This document shows, piece by piece, positions 9,804 to 18,667 of a stretch of 56,737 nucleotides of DNA. Each line of letters opens with the position of its first letter. The first letter of the stretch is position 1. The translations under genes and the position numbers were made by a program. The notes below the pieces were generated by a model. It was given only the letters and a program-made list of their open reading frames with translations, had not been told where the DNA came from and searched no databases. Source of the stretch: a virus (taxonomy: Duplodnaviria; Caudoviricetes); the IMG/VR virus record IMGVR_UViG_3300013099_000004, positions 1-56,737 of that record, one strand, 5' to 3'.

Positions 9804-10375
9804 TCTTTTGCCTCCTCGTCATTACACTCAAACATATTATGTTGTTTGGCATAATTGACTATCATTTCCCAGTTGTCTTTAAGCTCTTGCTCTCCAAACT
9901 GAATACGATATACTCTGTATATACGTTTATATGGTCTAGTGTAGTCCCCGTTGTAATGTAGTACGTGAAACTCAGCAGTATCAGTACCTACCGCATAACA
10001 GTAAGATGATGTTTGTAATAACCAACGCTGTACATCAAGAGGGGACTTATTAGATGATATAGATGTAAATTTGTATTCCTCTACTATTAGCTTGTTGCCA
10101 TCAAACTTTATACCGTCAGGGGATAGTGCTATACCATCAACTATAAGTTCGCCAGGGCGCATACCTAACATATAACGCCATGCAAGACTTAATGCTTCTT
10201 CCCACATAAAGCCAGCTTCCATAGCCAGCTTTGTTTGCTCATCAATAGGACGTTCCTTATTACCATACAGGTCATTAAGAAGTCTATGTATAACTTCACT
10301 TACATGCACTCCTTCAGAACGCCATATCTGTGGGCGGAATGGGAATTGCTTGTCTATTAATTCCATAGTAGGCAT
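9800..10375 (-). CDS. PD-(D/E)XK Cas4/RecB-like exonuclease
   Basis: VHVSE, GFMWE, SPDG...EEYK, QxxxY. Confidence 0.85.
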   Translation of the reverse strand: MPTMELIDKQFPFRPQIWRSEGVHVSEVIHRLLNDLYGNKERPIDEQTKLAMEAGFMWEEALSLAWRYMLGMRPGELIVDGIALSPDGIKFDGNKLIVEEYKFTSISSNKSPLDVQRWLLQTSSYCYAVGTDTAEFHVLHYNGDYTRPYKRIYRVYRIQFGEQELKDNWEMIVNYAKQHNMFECNDEEAKE

Positions 10376-10377
10376 GT

Positions 10378-10731
10378 TTATTCCTCCTTCTTAGTTGGAA
10401 GCAAACATAATGTGTCACTACTATCTTTTACTATTTCCCAATGGTAGCTATCATTAAGGAAAAACGCTTTACCATTATACTCTCCTGCAACCCTTATCTG
10501 GATAGCATCCCCATATACAAATCCTGCATCCTTTGAAGATTCGCTTGAGAATATACCACATCTAATACACTTGCAGTCTGACTCAAGCGGCTTTAATCTT
10601 GTTAAATCAAAATATTTATTACTAGCAACTTTCTTACTTACTGCTTCACTAATCTGTTCAAACAGTTCTGGTTCTCCTTTCTTACATACTTCCAGGAACT
10701 TATCAAGTAATGCTTTAAAATCATTATTCAT
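10378..10731 (-). CDS. hypothetical protein
   Basis: AGGAGG RBS before ATG 10731. Confidence 0.7.
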   Translation of the reverse strand: MNNDFKALLDKFLEVCKKGEPELFEQISEAVSKKVASNKYFDLTRLKPLESDCKCIRCGIFSSESSKDAGFVYGDAIQIRVAGEYNGKAFFLNDSYHWEIVKDSSDTLCLLPTKKEE

Positions 10732-10764
10732 TTTGTCGCCTCCTGTCTTACAGTTTTTATTATG

Positions 10765-10850
10765 GGCGGAAAGGAACACACGCCCTTGAAGCTTAAGTTT
10801 GTGTGTCCCTTTTGTATATTATTCCGCCGTTTTTGTGTGGGGGGGGGGGG
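10765..10850 (-). promoter_or_regulatory. Long imperfect intergenic hairpin preceded by a C12 tract
   Basis: GGCGGA/TCCGCC plus AAGGGACACAC/GTGTGTTCCTT (G-U pair on the minus strand); G12 at 10839-10850. Confidence 0.55.
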
Positions 10851-10860
10851 TCATTTACTT

Positions 10861-11574
10861 TTATGCAGATACTGTTCCCTTCTTATATGACCATGCTAAC
10901 TCAGATGATAAGAACTCTTCATCGAGCATACGTTTCATAATAGCATTTCTGTTAGGCTCTGCCTTGAAATCTTTGTTTGCCATAAGAGCTGCTGCAATGC
11001 CAGACTTTTTGACATCACCTTTTTCTGCAAGAAGCATAGTCAAATAGGCAACCGCTGCATCATCTACATTGCTATTACTTGAAGAAGAAGATGTGTTAGA
11101 CTCGCCAGGAAGTGACACTACTGAAGATAATATTATGATAGTCTTATCATAGCCTTTCTCATTCTTCTGGTCAATACTACGTTTAGGTGCATACTGTACC
11201 CATACTCCTTTAAGTCCTTCAACTGCCGATATATCAGCCCCAAGTAATTCAGGTGGTACGCCATTATCCTTGAGCGAGTTAATCCATATACCGAAGTTAG
11301 ATGATGCCCTGACTTTCATACCTTCCGGGCCGTCAAGGGATTTACCATTGTCTGTTATCTTGCATGCTTGTTGTATTGTCTTACCAGGGGAGTAATGCTG
11401 CTTATATTCTTCGCCTTCTTCATCAGTATATACTACTTCTGCAAAGATAGCAGAACCATAATTACCTTTGCCATTATAATCCCATTCTACCCATCTTGCT
11501 TTAGTAATCTCCGCCACTACATTGTTAAGGATTCCGCCTGTGCTTTCTTGGGTGTCACCAATATTAAGTTTCAT
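10861..11574 (-). CDS. putative single-stranded DNA-binding protein
   Basis: Beta-rich N-terminal domain, Ser linker, C-terminal helical domain; heads the exo/Sak4 module (mainly positional inference). Confidence 0.55.
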   Translation of the reverse strand: MKLNIGDTQESTGGILNNVVAEITKARWVEWDYNGKGNYGSAIFAEVVYTDEEGEEYKQHYSPGKTIQQACKITDNGKSLDGPEGMKVRASSNFGIWINSLKDNGVPPELLGADISAVEGLKGVWVQYAPKRSIDQKNEKGYDKTIIILSSVVSLPGESNTSSSSSNSNVDDAAVAYLTMLLAEKGDVKKSGIAAALMANKDFKAEPNRNAIMKRMLDEEFLSSELAWSYKKGTVSA

Positions 11575-11639
11575 ATTAAAACTCCTTTCATTAGTTATTA
11601 ATTGTTCTCTGTTTGCTCTGAAAATAGGTTAAAATACTA

Positions 11640-11966
11640 TGTCATAACACCTCCTTTCTATAACGTAAAATGACGTTAAAAATGACAGAAATGACAGATA
11701 TGACGTAAAAAATGAAAACCTCTCTATATATTTAATATTTAGCTAAAAGGTATAAAAAGTTTGTCATGTCTGTCATTGGTTTTGGAACTTGCTGTTTTTA
11801 TTGACTTTAAGTTATGACAGACGTTTGTCATTTTTGCGATTTGAATGTCATTCGGGTACTTAGCACCACAAAAAGTGTTCAATTTCTGAACACTTTCGAG
11901 TGACAAACGGCTTAGAGTTTTGTCACTAATGACGTAGAATGACAAATGTTTGTCACTGTCTGTCAT
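11640..11966. other. Putative replication origin (TGAC/GTCA iteron array around an AT-rich core)
   Basis: I count 9 TGAC and 8 GTCA in ~325 bp, converging on CTCTCTATATATTTAATATTT; resembles origins of P4/D5-helicase replicons. Confidence 0.7.
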
Positions 11967-11986
11967 AGCCTGTTTTTACCTCCTTT

Positions 11987-12229
11987 TTAGCCCTTTATAA
12001 CGTCAAACATTTCACGTGTCCAGAACCACGTTCCTCGGTCAATTGTCATAAAATATCGTACCTTTTCGGGGAATCTTTTGCCGTGTATTACTGACATTAT
12101 AGTAGTATCTTTACCGGCGTAAGACTTCATGTCTGTAGATATTAATACCTTGTTACTGTCCATATCCATTTTACGTATTTCAGGTTTAATGCGTACTCTA
12201 GTACCTGCCTCAATGTGTTCAGTAGTCAT
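11987..12229 (-). CDS. hypothetical protein, SH3/KOW-like
   Basis: GTRVRIK...MKSYAGK...WFWTREMF pattern. Confidence 0.7.
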   Translation of the reverse strand: MTTEHIEAGTRVRIKPEIRKMDMDSNKVLISTDMKSYAGKDTTIMSVIHGKRFPEKVRYFMTIDRGTWFWTREMFDVIKG

Positions 12230-12420
12230 TATGCAGCGTCCTCCATGAATGCAAACTCTAGCTGCTTGGAGTCTGTTGCAGTGTCAGTGTCTTGAATATA
12301 CTGATTATTTTTTAATAAGTCAATAGCTGATTTTAGTGCAGTATTCCACATTATTTTTGCTATGTCGTACTTAGTTAACTCGTCAAGGTCAAGACTGTTA
12401 AATGCGGTGCGGAACGTCAT
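12229..12420 (-). CDS. hypothetical protein
   Basis: GGAGG RBS, translational coupling. Confidence 0.7.
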   Translation of the reverse strand: MTFRTAFNSLDLDELTKYDIAKIMWNTALKSAIDLLKNNQYIQDTDTATDSKQLEFAFMEDAA

Positions 12421-12465
12421 GTCGCCTCCCTTCTATATTAATATATGCAGTTATGCAATTTAGTA

Positions 12466-12690
12466 CTAGTATATTGCATCTAATGCACGCTTAATAGATT
12501 CACCTGTCTCATATGCCTTTCTATTATTCATAGTATATACTTCCGTGTCTATAATGATACGTGCTACCATACTTAATGTTCTAGCTAGGGCTTCGATAGT
12601 ATTAGTATCTATGTCAGGTGCTGTAACTGCATTGTTAAGAGCTTTTGCCGTATTGTCGAATAGCTCCTTCAGGTTTTCTGTAACTATCAT
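12466..12690 (-). CDS. hypothetical protein
   Basis: ORF in operon; weakly similar to 12695..12853. Confidence 0.65.
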   Translation of the reverse strand: MIVTENLKELFDNTAKALNNAVTAPDIDTNTIEALARTLSMVARIIIDTEVYTMNNRKAYETGESIKRALDAIY

Positions 12691-12694
12691 ACTG

Positions 12695-12853
12695 CTAGTC
12701 TTCTTTATAGTCTTTTATAATATTGTATGTTTCTATTACTGTATTAAGTAATATACTACTTCTATTAACATCCGTCTTATCACCAAGTATTTCTTCCTGT
12801 AGTTTGTTGACAGCAAAATCAAATAACCGCTTAATATTGTCTGGTGCTTCCAT
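12695..12853 (-). CDS. 52-aa hypothetical protein (not in ORF track)
   Basis: AGGAGG RBS; MEAPDNIKRLFDFAVNKL... Confidence 0.7.
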   Translation of the reverse strand: MEAPDNIKRLFDFAVNKLQEEILGDKTDVNRSSILLNTVIETYNIIKDYKED

Positions 12854-12876
12854 AATTTGCTCACCTCCTTTTCTTG

Positions 12877-13101
12877 TTATTTTACATATTTCTTTTCTGC
12901 CTTATCGGGGTCATCCCAATATTCTTGTAAGGCTTTTGATACTTTGTTCCACGTTTCTGCTACAAATGTCTTGCAGCCTACCTTGATTACGAAGCCATTA
13001 CTTACCTTGTCTATATGTACTCTGTAGTAGGTTGGATGTTATGGTTCTGGCAAGCCAGTATTATTAGCATACAATGTGGGGTTAACATAGTCTGGGTTCA
13101 T
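12877..13101 (-). pseudogene. 74-codon gene interrupted by a single in-frame TAA at codon 21
   Basis: AGGAGGTG RBS; MNPDYVNPTLYANNTGLPEP*HPTYYRVHIDKVSNGFVIKVGCKTFV...AEKKYVK; stop at 13039-13041. Confidence 0.7.
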
Positions 13102-13108
13102 ATTACGT

Positions 13109-13393
13109 TCACCTCCTTTCTTCATCATCAAGTTTCTTCTTACGCCTTATCTTGGTATAGTCATCTAAGGCACTTACTACCTCTCTTTCTTCTACTAGCT
13201 GGTTAACTATGCTATCTACAATATGCCATATCTCGCTACGTTCACTATATGGTATCTTAGACTGTTGATAGTTATACTGCATTAACGTATTAATCTCATT
13301 ACTAGTAAGCTCTATCGTGTATTCATATGACTTGTCATTAAGTCCTAACGTGTTATCTGTTTCTCCTGGTGGCAAATTACTTGGTCTGTTCAT
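13109..13393 (-). CDS. hypothetical protein
   Basis: AAGGAG RBS; SNLPPG N-terminus. Confidence 0.7.
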   Translation of the reverse strand: MNRPSNLPPGETDNTLGLNDKSYEYTIELTSNEINTLMQYNYQQSKIPYSERSEIWHIVDSIVNQLVEEREVVSALDDYTKIRRKKKLDDEERR

Positions 13394-13414
13394 TCTTATT
13401 GTTCTCCTTCACTA

Positions 13415-13564
13415 TTAAGAGTATTCAATTCCTATTGTATTACATAATTCTGTAAGCCATTCTAGGTATTCTTCCTCTTCGGCAGATAAAGTATCCGATT
13501 CAAATACACCAGTAGTATATAGCTCATTAAGCTTATTATATACTTCTTCTATCTTACTTTGCAT
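13415..13564 (-). CDS. 49-aa acidic protein (not in ORF track)
   Basis: AAGGAGG RBS, TAATG coupling; MQSKIEEVY...SAEEEEYLEW. Confidence 0.65.
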   Translation of the reverse strand: MQSKIEEVYNKLNELYTTGVFESDTLSAEEEEYLEWLTELCNTIGIEYS

Positions 13565-13821
13565 TATTCGCTATCCTCCTTGTTATCATTAATATTGAGG
13601 GTGAGTACTGTACGCCAAGACTGTAAGTCGCACTTATCACCTATTGTATCATACTTGATAGCCTCGTTAATCTCCTTATGTATAGTTTGCTGCATATAGG
13701 TGGGTAGTTCATCCCAATTACTTATTATCTCGTTAACTATAAAACTTACTATGTATGTTCTTCTACCAAGTGCATATCTGAATGCACACATTAATACTAG
13801 CTTGTCGTCTGAGAATTTCAT
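13564..13821 (-). CDS. hypothetical protein (common phage CAFRYALGRRTY family)
   Basis: Motif CAFRYALGRRTYI; ATGA overlap. Confidence 0.8.
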   Translation of the reverse strand: MKFSDDKLVLMCAFRYALGRRTYIVSFIVNEIISNWDELPTYMQQTIHKEINEAIKYDTIGDKCDLQSWRTVLTLNINDNKEDSE

Positions 13822-14606
13822 TGTGCTGCCCTCCTTCCAACTTCATTACGGCTCATCTTGTTAGCTGTAGTACGTATCTCTTTAGCAGATACAGGAGCTA
13901 TTGTGTAATTTACTGATGAACCCATGTGCGTAGCTACCACTATCTTGATTTGGTTGGTACAATGTACACCACTTATTACTATCCTATGCGTTGGGGGGAA
14001 GTATACATGCACATAGTCATCAAGTAACCCGATTAAGCTTACTACTTGGTGTAGTACAGTGGTAGCTATACGCACCTTGCTGGGCTTAAAGAGCACTAAC
14101 GGAGTAACATCTTCTATAGTGCTTGTATTATCTAATGTAAAGTGTCTGCCTGACATAGTTATATCATATAACTCTTTAACTGAATATATATAGCTATCAA
14201 CATTATGGGTATTTTCTGATAGTAATGATACCACTTTATTAAGCTCAGGTTTATAGTCCTCTGGAGGTAGCTTCTTATTGTCCTTAGTAAGTACATATAT
14301 GCCGTCAGATATAGGAGCAGTATCTACAGCAGCAACAATATGATTATTACAAGCTATCATCATGTTGTTTCTTGCTAGTATGCCATTACTTATCTTGCTA
14401 TAACTGTTTACTATGTCAAACATTCTTTTGCGTACAAACTTAATAGCTTTGTTAATGTCCTTTTCCGGCTTGAGCTTGGTATCATGTAATATAGGTAGCA
14501 TGCCTACATCAGTAAGAGTTAATCCGGCTTTACGTAATGCCCTTACACGCTTAGCTTTACGTATCTTGATGTTCTTGAAGTCTTCTATTATTTTTTCTTT
14601 GTCCAT
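13818..14606 (-). CDS. hypothetical protein, possibly a divergent beta-clamp-like fold
   Basis: GGAGG RBS at 14606; MIACNNHIV loosely resembles the clamp ATDGHRL motif (weak). Confidence 0.6.
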   Translation of the reverse strand: MDKEKIIEDFKNIKIRKAKRVRALRKAGLTLTDVGMLPILHDTKLKPEKDINKAIKFVRKRMFDIVNSYSKISNGILARNNMMIACNNHIVAAVDTAPISDGIYVLTKDNKKLPPEDYKPELNKVVSLLSENTHNVDSYIYSVKELYDITMSGRHFTLDNTSTIEDVTPLVLFKPSKVRIATTVLHQVVSLIGLLDDYVHVYFPPTHRIVISGVHCTNQIKIVVATHMGSSVNYTIAPVSAKEIRTTANKMSRNEVGRRAAQ

Positions 14607-14608
14607 AA

Positions 14609-14842
14609 CTATTGTACCTCCTTGCCCGCTAAATGCTCTTGCCAATCTTTATGTTCATCCATGAATACACTTACTATAGTATTAAGTCTTATTAAAGCTT
14701 TAGTTATGGTATCTCCGTCTGCTATGAAATACCCCTCACCAAGCTTAGGTATACTTGCTACTATCATGCTATCTATTACACTAATCTCGATGACTGCTCG
14801 ACTTACTTGTAATAACTTGGTAAGCTTATCTTCATATATCAT
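14609..14842 (-). CDS. hypothetical protein (HicB-like beta-beta-alpha pattern, weak)
   Basis: VASIPKL...ADGDTITKALIRL. Confidence 0.6.
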   Translation of the reverse strand: MIYEDKLTKLLQVSRAVIEISVIDSMIVASIPKLGEGYFIADGDTITKALIRLNTIVSVFMDEHKDWQEHLAGKEVQ

Positions 14843-14858
14843 ATCTATTTATCCTCCA

Positions 14859-15140
14859 TTACAAGTTGTTGTCTATTACTTCGTTCATAGCTGCAATACA
14901 TTCTTTTAATGTATAAGGATTACAGTTAAGGTCTGCTGCTACTTGGTTAATCTCTTCTTCGTCAAGGTCTTTGACACTCCAGTAATCTAGTTCCGTAGGA
15001 TAGTAGAAAGTATTATTGTATGGAATGAATCTAAACTTGTCGCTATAACCTATTACCATAATGTAACTATAATGCGTCATATCACCAGGCTCTGACTCTA
15101 TCTGGTATATTCTGTCATATACTTCCTTGATTACACGCAT
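14859..15140 (-). CDS. hypothetical protein
   Basis: EPGDMTHY motif; RBS. Confidence 0.7.
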   Translation of the reverse strand: MRVIKEVYDRIYQIESEPGDMTHYSYIMVIGYSDKFRFIPYNNTFYYPTELDYWSVKDLDEEEINQVAADLNCNPYTLKECIAAMNEVIDNNL

Positions 15141-15164
15141 TGTTATCTCCCTTCTTTTAAAGTA

Positions 15165-15368
15165 TTAATCATTATCAAGCTTCCATTCCTCTATATCCCA
15201 ACTTGGAAACTCACTCTTCATACCTCCATAATACCATCTGGCTATATGTAACAATCTACGGTTATTACGCATTGATTTCTCATATAGTCTTGCTTGTCCT
15301 GAAGCTGCTATTACAGCCATACCTATTATACCTATTATAGTTCCTATTGTAAGCCCTATAAGTAACAT
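15165..15368 (-). CDS. small single-TM protein
   Basis: GGAGG RBS; LLIGLTIGTIIGIIGMAVIAAS. Confidence 0.7.
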   Translation of the reverse strand: MLLIGLTIGTIIGIIGMAVIAASGQARLYEKSMRNNRRLLHIARWYYGGMKSEFPSWDIEEWKLDND

Positions 15369-15393
15369 AACAAGCTCACCTCCCTTCATATAG

Positions 15394-16434
15394 CTATTTA
15401 ACATATACTTGGTGTACACCTGTTTTTCCCATTGTCTTTTCCAGGAATATCAGGGTCTGGGACGGCTCTCTATATATGGCTTTCGCTTTCTTGATAGCAA
15501 ATAAATTGTAGCCTATTAAGCTGCCATTACTTATCCATATATCGCCGTCGAAATGTTGATGATAATGTCCAAACACATCTAAGAATGCTGGTATACTCTG
15601 ATTCCATGCCTTTACAGCCTTATTAGCCGGTATAAATATACCTCCAGTGCCACCATTATACCGTATTCCGTCACCATGATGCATACGTATAGTCCTACCG
15701 TATACATCTATATAGCCATGATAACCATTCTCTACTTGGATATTAACCTCTTTAGTATCTTTATAGTGCTGCTTAATATGTTGATACATTAGCCATTCAT
15801 AACTGTTCTTATAGCCTAGCTTAACACGTGCTTGCTCAGTAGTCCTGCCATGGTTACCAAATAAGCATATTACATGTATTTTCTTAAAGTTGCCGTTATT
15901 AAGAAGAAAGTCAATACCTGATATAATGCGGCGCTCCACCCATATAATAGCTTCGGTAGGTGACATAAAGTTACTCTCATTAAAATCCTTATGTATATAA
16001 CCATTAATCATATCACCAAGTATGCCTATCACTAAGTTATTTATCTTAGTATCTTTACGCCATATATCTATTAGTTTCATAGCTCTTGGGAATAACTTTT
16101 TAATACGGTCGTCGGCAATGTCAGGCGTATATTCATTAAGCCTATTAACAGTGCTAGGCTCTATATGTTCCTCTACATGCCAATCACTCAGTATTAATAG
16201 TGGGGTAGTCTCAGACTTACTGGTTGCCCTCAATGGTTTAATGCGTATTGGCTTAACTGTCTTATTTAATGATGTTAATACAGCTAATCTGTCATCAGCT
16301 AGCTTGCTCTGATGTTGCCAATACTTAGTACTTAGTTTTTGTTCCCGTAGTAATTCCTTAATAGATAGTAGGCTATCTTCAAGACGTATTATCTTTTCTT
16401 GCTCTGGGGTTACTAATAGTTTTTCTTTCTTCAT
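15394..16434 (-). CDS. Calcineurin-like metallophosphoesterase with N-terminal coiled coil
   Basis: SDWH, GDMING, GNHGR, HGD, GHYH. Confidence 0.92.
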   Translation of the reverse strand: MKKEKLLVTPEQEKIIRLEDSLLSIKELLREQKLSTKYWQHQSKLADDRLAVLTSLNKTVKPIRIKPLRATSKSETTPLLILSDWHVEEHIEPSTVNRLNEYTPDIADDRIKKLFPRAMKLIDIWRKDTKINNLVIGILGDMINGYIHKDFNESNFMSPTEAIIWVERRIISGIDFLLNNGNFKKIHVICLFGNHGRTTEQARVKLGYKNSYEWLMYQHIKQHYKDTKEVNIQVENGYHGYIDVYGRTIRMHHGDGIRYNGGTGGIFIPANKAVKAWNQSIPAFLDVFGHYHQHFDGDIWISNGSLIGYNLFAIKKAKAIYREPSQTLIFLEKTMGKTGVHQVYVK

Positions 16435-16447
16435 AGCATGTTGTCCC

Positions 16448-16975
16448 TTATCTTATTAACTTCTTATCTACTTCTGTAAACATTATTTGTCTTGGTAACA
16501 CGTTACTGCATATATATACAGAGCTGAACGGCGGATTTAGTGCAGGTTTATCATCCATGTAGCTTCTAAGATAACTAACACGTTTATCCATATACATAAT
16601 TTCAAACTTATTGTTTTTGAACATGTTAAACCTATGTTTACTTTCGAATAACCCTACTACACCTACTAACATAGCAAATGGAGTACCTATACCGAATAGT
16701 CTTTCAAGTACCTCCGTCTTTCTAGAGTAAGGCGGATTACTTATTATATAGTCACAGTCAATGTCAGTATTAAAGAAGTCTATACCGTATTGTATATGTG
16801 TATTTATTACGGTATGCCCAAGCTCTGTAAAGACCTTTACATATAACGATTCATCTATGTCAAATGGACACCATATAATGCTATTCGGTTTTATGTATGG
16901 TGTTATTGGCAATATTGCGTATAATGGTGTATAGAATTCGTCGTTTTTGCTTGATGCCACTATGTCCATCTTCAT
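16448..16975 (-). CDS. Small amino-DNA methyltransferase (probably N6-adenine)
   Basis: NDEFYTP, WCPFD, GIDFF, ISNPPYS. Confidence 0.85.
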   Translation of the reverse strand: MKMDIVASSKNDEFYTPLYAILPITPYIKPNSIIWCPFDIDESLYVKVFTELGHTVINTHIQYGIDFFNTDIDCDYIISNPPYSRKTEVLERLFGIGTPFAMLVGVVGLFESKHRFNMFKNNKFEIMYMDKRVSYLRSYMDDKPALNPPFSSVYICSNVLPRQIMFTEVDKKLIR

Positions 16976-17090
16976 AACTTGTTATCCCTTATCTTAATAT
17001 GTCGGGTTACCTATCATCCCCTATATCATCAATTACAATAATCAATACAATAAGCATGATTATAATTATTACACGTATATCTATAACTTG

Positions 17091-17603
17091 CTACTCCTTA
17101 TATGTACGTAAGACGTACTCTGCAAACTCTTTAATACTCTCGAAGCAATATACCTCGTAATCTGGGTCATATAGTCTGTCTATGATTGACCTCCTAATAC
17201 TGTCTTCAATGTCTCCGGTAATGGTACTATAGTCATTACCTCCATAGAATTCTTGCAGATTAACCCATTGGATAGTATTTGTACTATATCTTCTGTGGAG
17301 TATATAATATGTATCAGTAGGTTTATTGTAAGCTACTATAATATACTTGTCATGCTTATACCTATACCCATTAGGTCCGATTAGTTCAGATACCACTTCA
17401 TCTAATGTAATAGTCTCAGTCACATTTCTGTTAATGATTATTCTTTTCATAACTTGTTTCCTCCATAATATGTTATTAGTGCCTAGCCTGGCGGACTTAG
17501 TCATCAAATTATTATATAGCTTATAACCAATACTGAAATGCCAGACAAAGAAGTTTACTATACTGCCTAATGTGTAGTAAAAGTACACTTTAAACTTGTT
17601 CAT
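17091..17603 (-). CDS. hypothetical protein; internal start at 17450 gives a paralog of 24044..24487
   Basis: GGAGG-N9-ATG at 17450, in frame; ITL..., YILH, F.SI..FA..V.R shared with the paralog. Confidence 0.7.
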   Translation of the reverse strand: MNKFKVYFYYTLGSIVNFFVWHFSIGYKLYNNLMTKSARLGTNNILWRKQVMKRIIINRNVTETITLDEVVSELIGPNGYRYKHDKYIIVAYNKPTDTYYILHRRYSTNTIQWVNLQEFYGGNDYSTITGDIEDSIRRSIIDRLYDPDYEVYCFESIKEFAEYVLRTYKE

Positions 17604-17618
17604 TATTCCCTCACCATG

Positions 17619-17846
17619 TTAGATGTTTTGTTCCCTTACCCACTTAATAACTTTTTTACATCCGAATACCCTATACTTCCTGGTTTTATAGTTATAATCA
17701 TCGCCTATAGCTGAAGCCAGGTCATCCGATTTGAAGTTAAAGCCATACTCTTTAAGCTCGCCAACTGTAAATACCTCATCTGGGTGTTCGTCAAGGAACT
17801 TCTTAAGCAGATTAATACTTGTACTTTTTAATGTGTCTATCTTCAT
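17619..17846 (-). CDS. small putative winged-helix protein
   Basis: FLDEHPDEVFTVGEL pattern; GGAGG RBS. Confidence 0.55.
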   Translation of the reverse strand: MKIDTLKSTSINLLKKFLDEHPDEVFTVGELKEYGFNFKSDDLASAIGDDYNYKTRKYRVFGCKKVIKWVREQNI

Positions 17847-17876
17847 GTAGTGTTATCCTCCCCTACTATTCTTCAA

Positions 17877-18074
17877 TTACATCATCCTTTCATTCTCTGT
17901 TCTTATAACTTTCAACCTCTGACCACAATTATGACATCTAAATACTTCAACGGTCCGGCAAATGTTAGCCCCTTGCATAGTTGTTTTACAGGTTGGGCAA
18001 GTATATACGGCATATGTATACACTGTTTCTTTATAAACTATTTTTACCGGCTTTGCTTTTTTAGTTACCTTCAT
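17877..18074 (-). CDS. Zn-ribbon protein
   Basis: CPTC...CHNCGQRL. Confidence 0.75.
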   Translation of the reverse strand: MKVTKKAKPVKIVYKETVYTYAVYTCPTCKTTMQGANICRTVEVFRCHNCGQRLKVIRTENERMM

Positions 18075-18103
18075 ATTACTTAACTCCTTTCTCTCCTTGT
18101 TAT

Positions 18104-18208
18104 CTAACAAAATGGTGGCAAATCTTGACTGTCGTCATCATTAGTATCTTCTATTGCTATTATTAACAATACTATTATACCAATTATTAATGTTATTATC
18201 ATTACCAT
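18104..18208 (-). CDS. 34-aa single-TM peptide with acidic tail (not in ORF track)
   Basis: AAGGAG RBS; MVMIITLIIGIIVLLIIAIEDTNDDDSQDLPPFC. Confidence 0.6.
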   Translation of the reverse strand: MVMIITLIIGIIVLLIIAIEDTNDDDSQDLPPFC

Positions 18209-18227
18209 TTTATTCTCCTTTGCTATA

Positions 18228-18363
18228 GGGGCAACGGGCTACTATTTGGGAATTACTATCAATTCTCCAAAGTCATAGGGCTTTTATGGATAAACCATTT
18301 GCGGTAGCCCGACACACTCGATAGCGGTATGCAGCATAACCGTCAATTTTTACACGTTGCCCC
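18228..18363 (-). ncRNA. Unclassified structured RNA closed by GGGGCAACG/CGTTGCCCC
   Basis: Intergenic; 9-bp terminal stem, internal stem CGGGCTAC/GTAGCCCG, hairpins TTTGG.GAATT/AATTCCCAAA and CGGT.ATGC/GCATACCG. Confidence 0.6.
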
Positions 18364-18370
18364 GATATTA

Positions 18371-18667
18371 TTATTTTCCTTTATTCTTAACATAATAACT
18401 ATATACCCATTTTGGAAAACCTGGTTGCCATGCTGTATCTAATTTTATTATGCCTCTATCTATTAAGTTACAATCATACATCTCTTTAAGTAATCTCATG
18501 GCTTTATATACAGGCTGACATCCCCAATTAGTTTCTTTTCTCTTTCCTTTGAACATAGAATAAAATCTTTCATGAAAAACAGAATCTACCACAGAAGTTT
18601 CCTGGTATTCTAAAAGATACTCTAATATCCAATCTATCATTATTTGCTTTTTTCTATTCATTTTCAT
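18371..18667 (-). CDS. hypothetical protein (wHTH-like)
   Basis: ORF; C-terminal GFPKWVYSY. Confidence 0.7.
   Translation of the reverse strand: MKMNRKKQIMIDWILEYLLEYQETSVVDSVFHERFYSMFKGKRKETNWGCQPVYKAMRLLKEMYDCNLIDRGIIKLDTAWQPGFPKWVYSYYVKNKGK

Noticed and set aside
9800-10375. CRISPR-associated Cas4
   Set aside because: Lacks the Fe-S Cys cluster pattern and any cas context; ordinary phage recombination exonuclease
11739-11966. 75-aa ORF
   Set aside because: Composed of the TGAC iteron array and likely incidental, although an SD precedes it, so not fully excluded
12877-13101. Stop-codon reassignment
   Set aside because: A single case; TAA terminates most genes and all large genes are intact in code 11
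18270-18326. SAM-I riboswitch (CTATC...GCCCTATGAC...GATAG resemblance)
   Set aside because: The GCAACC/GGTGC core and P3/P4 are missing
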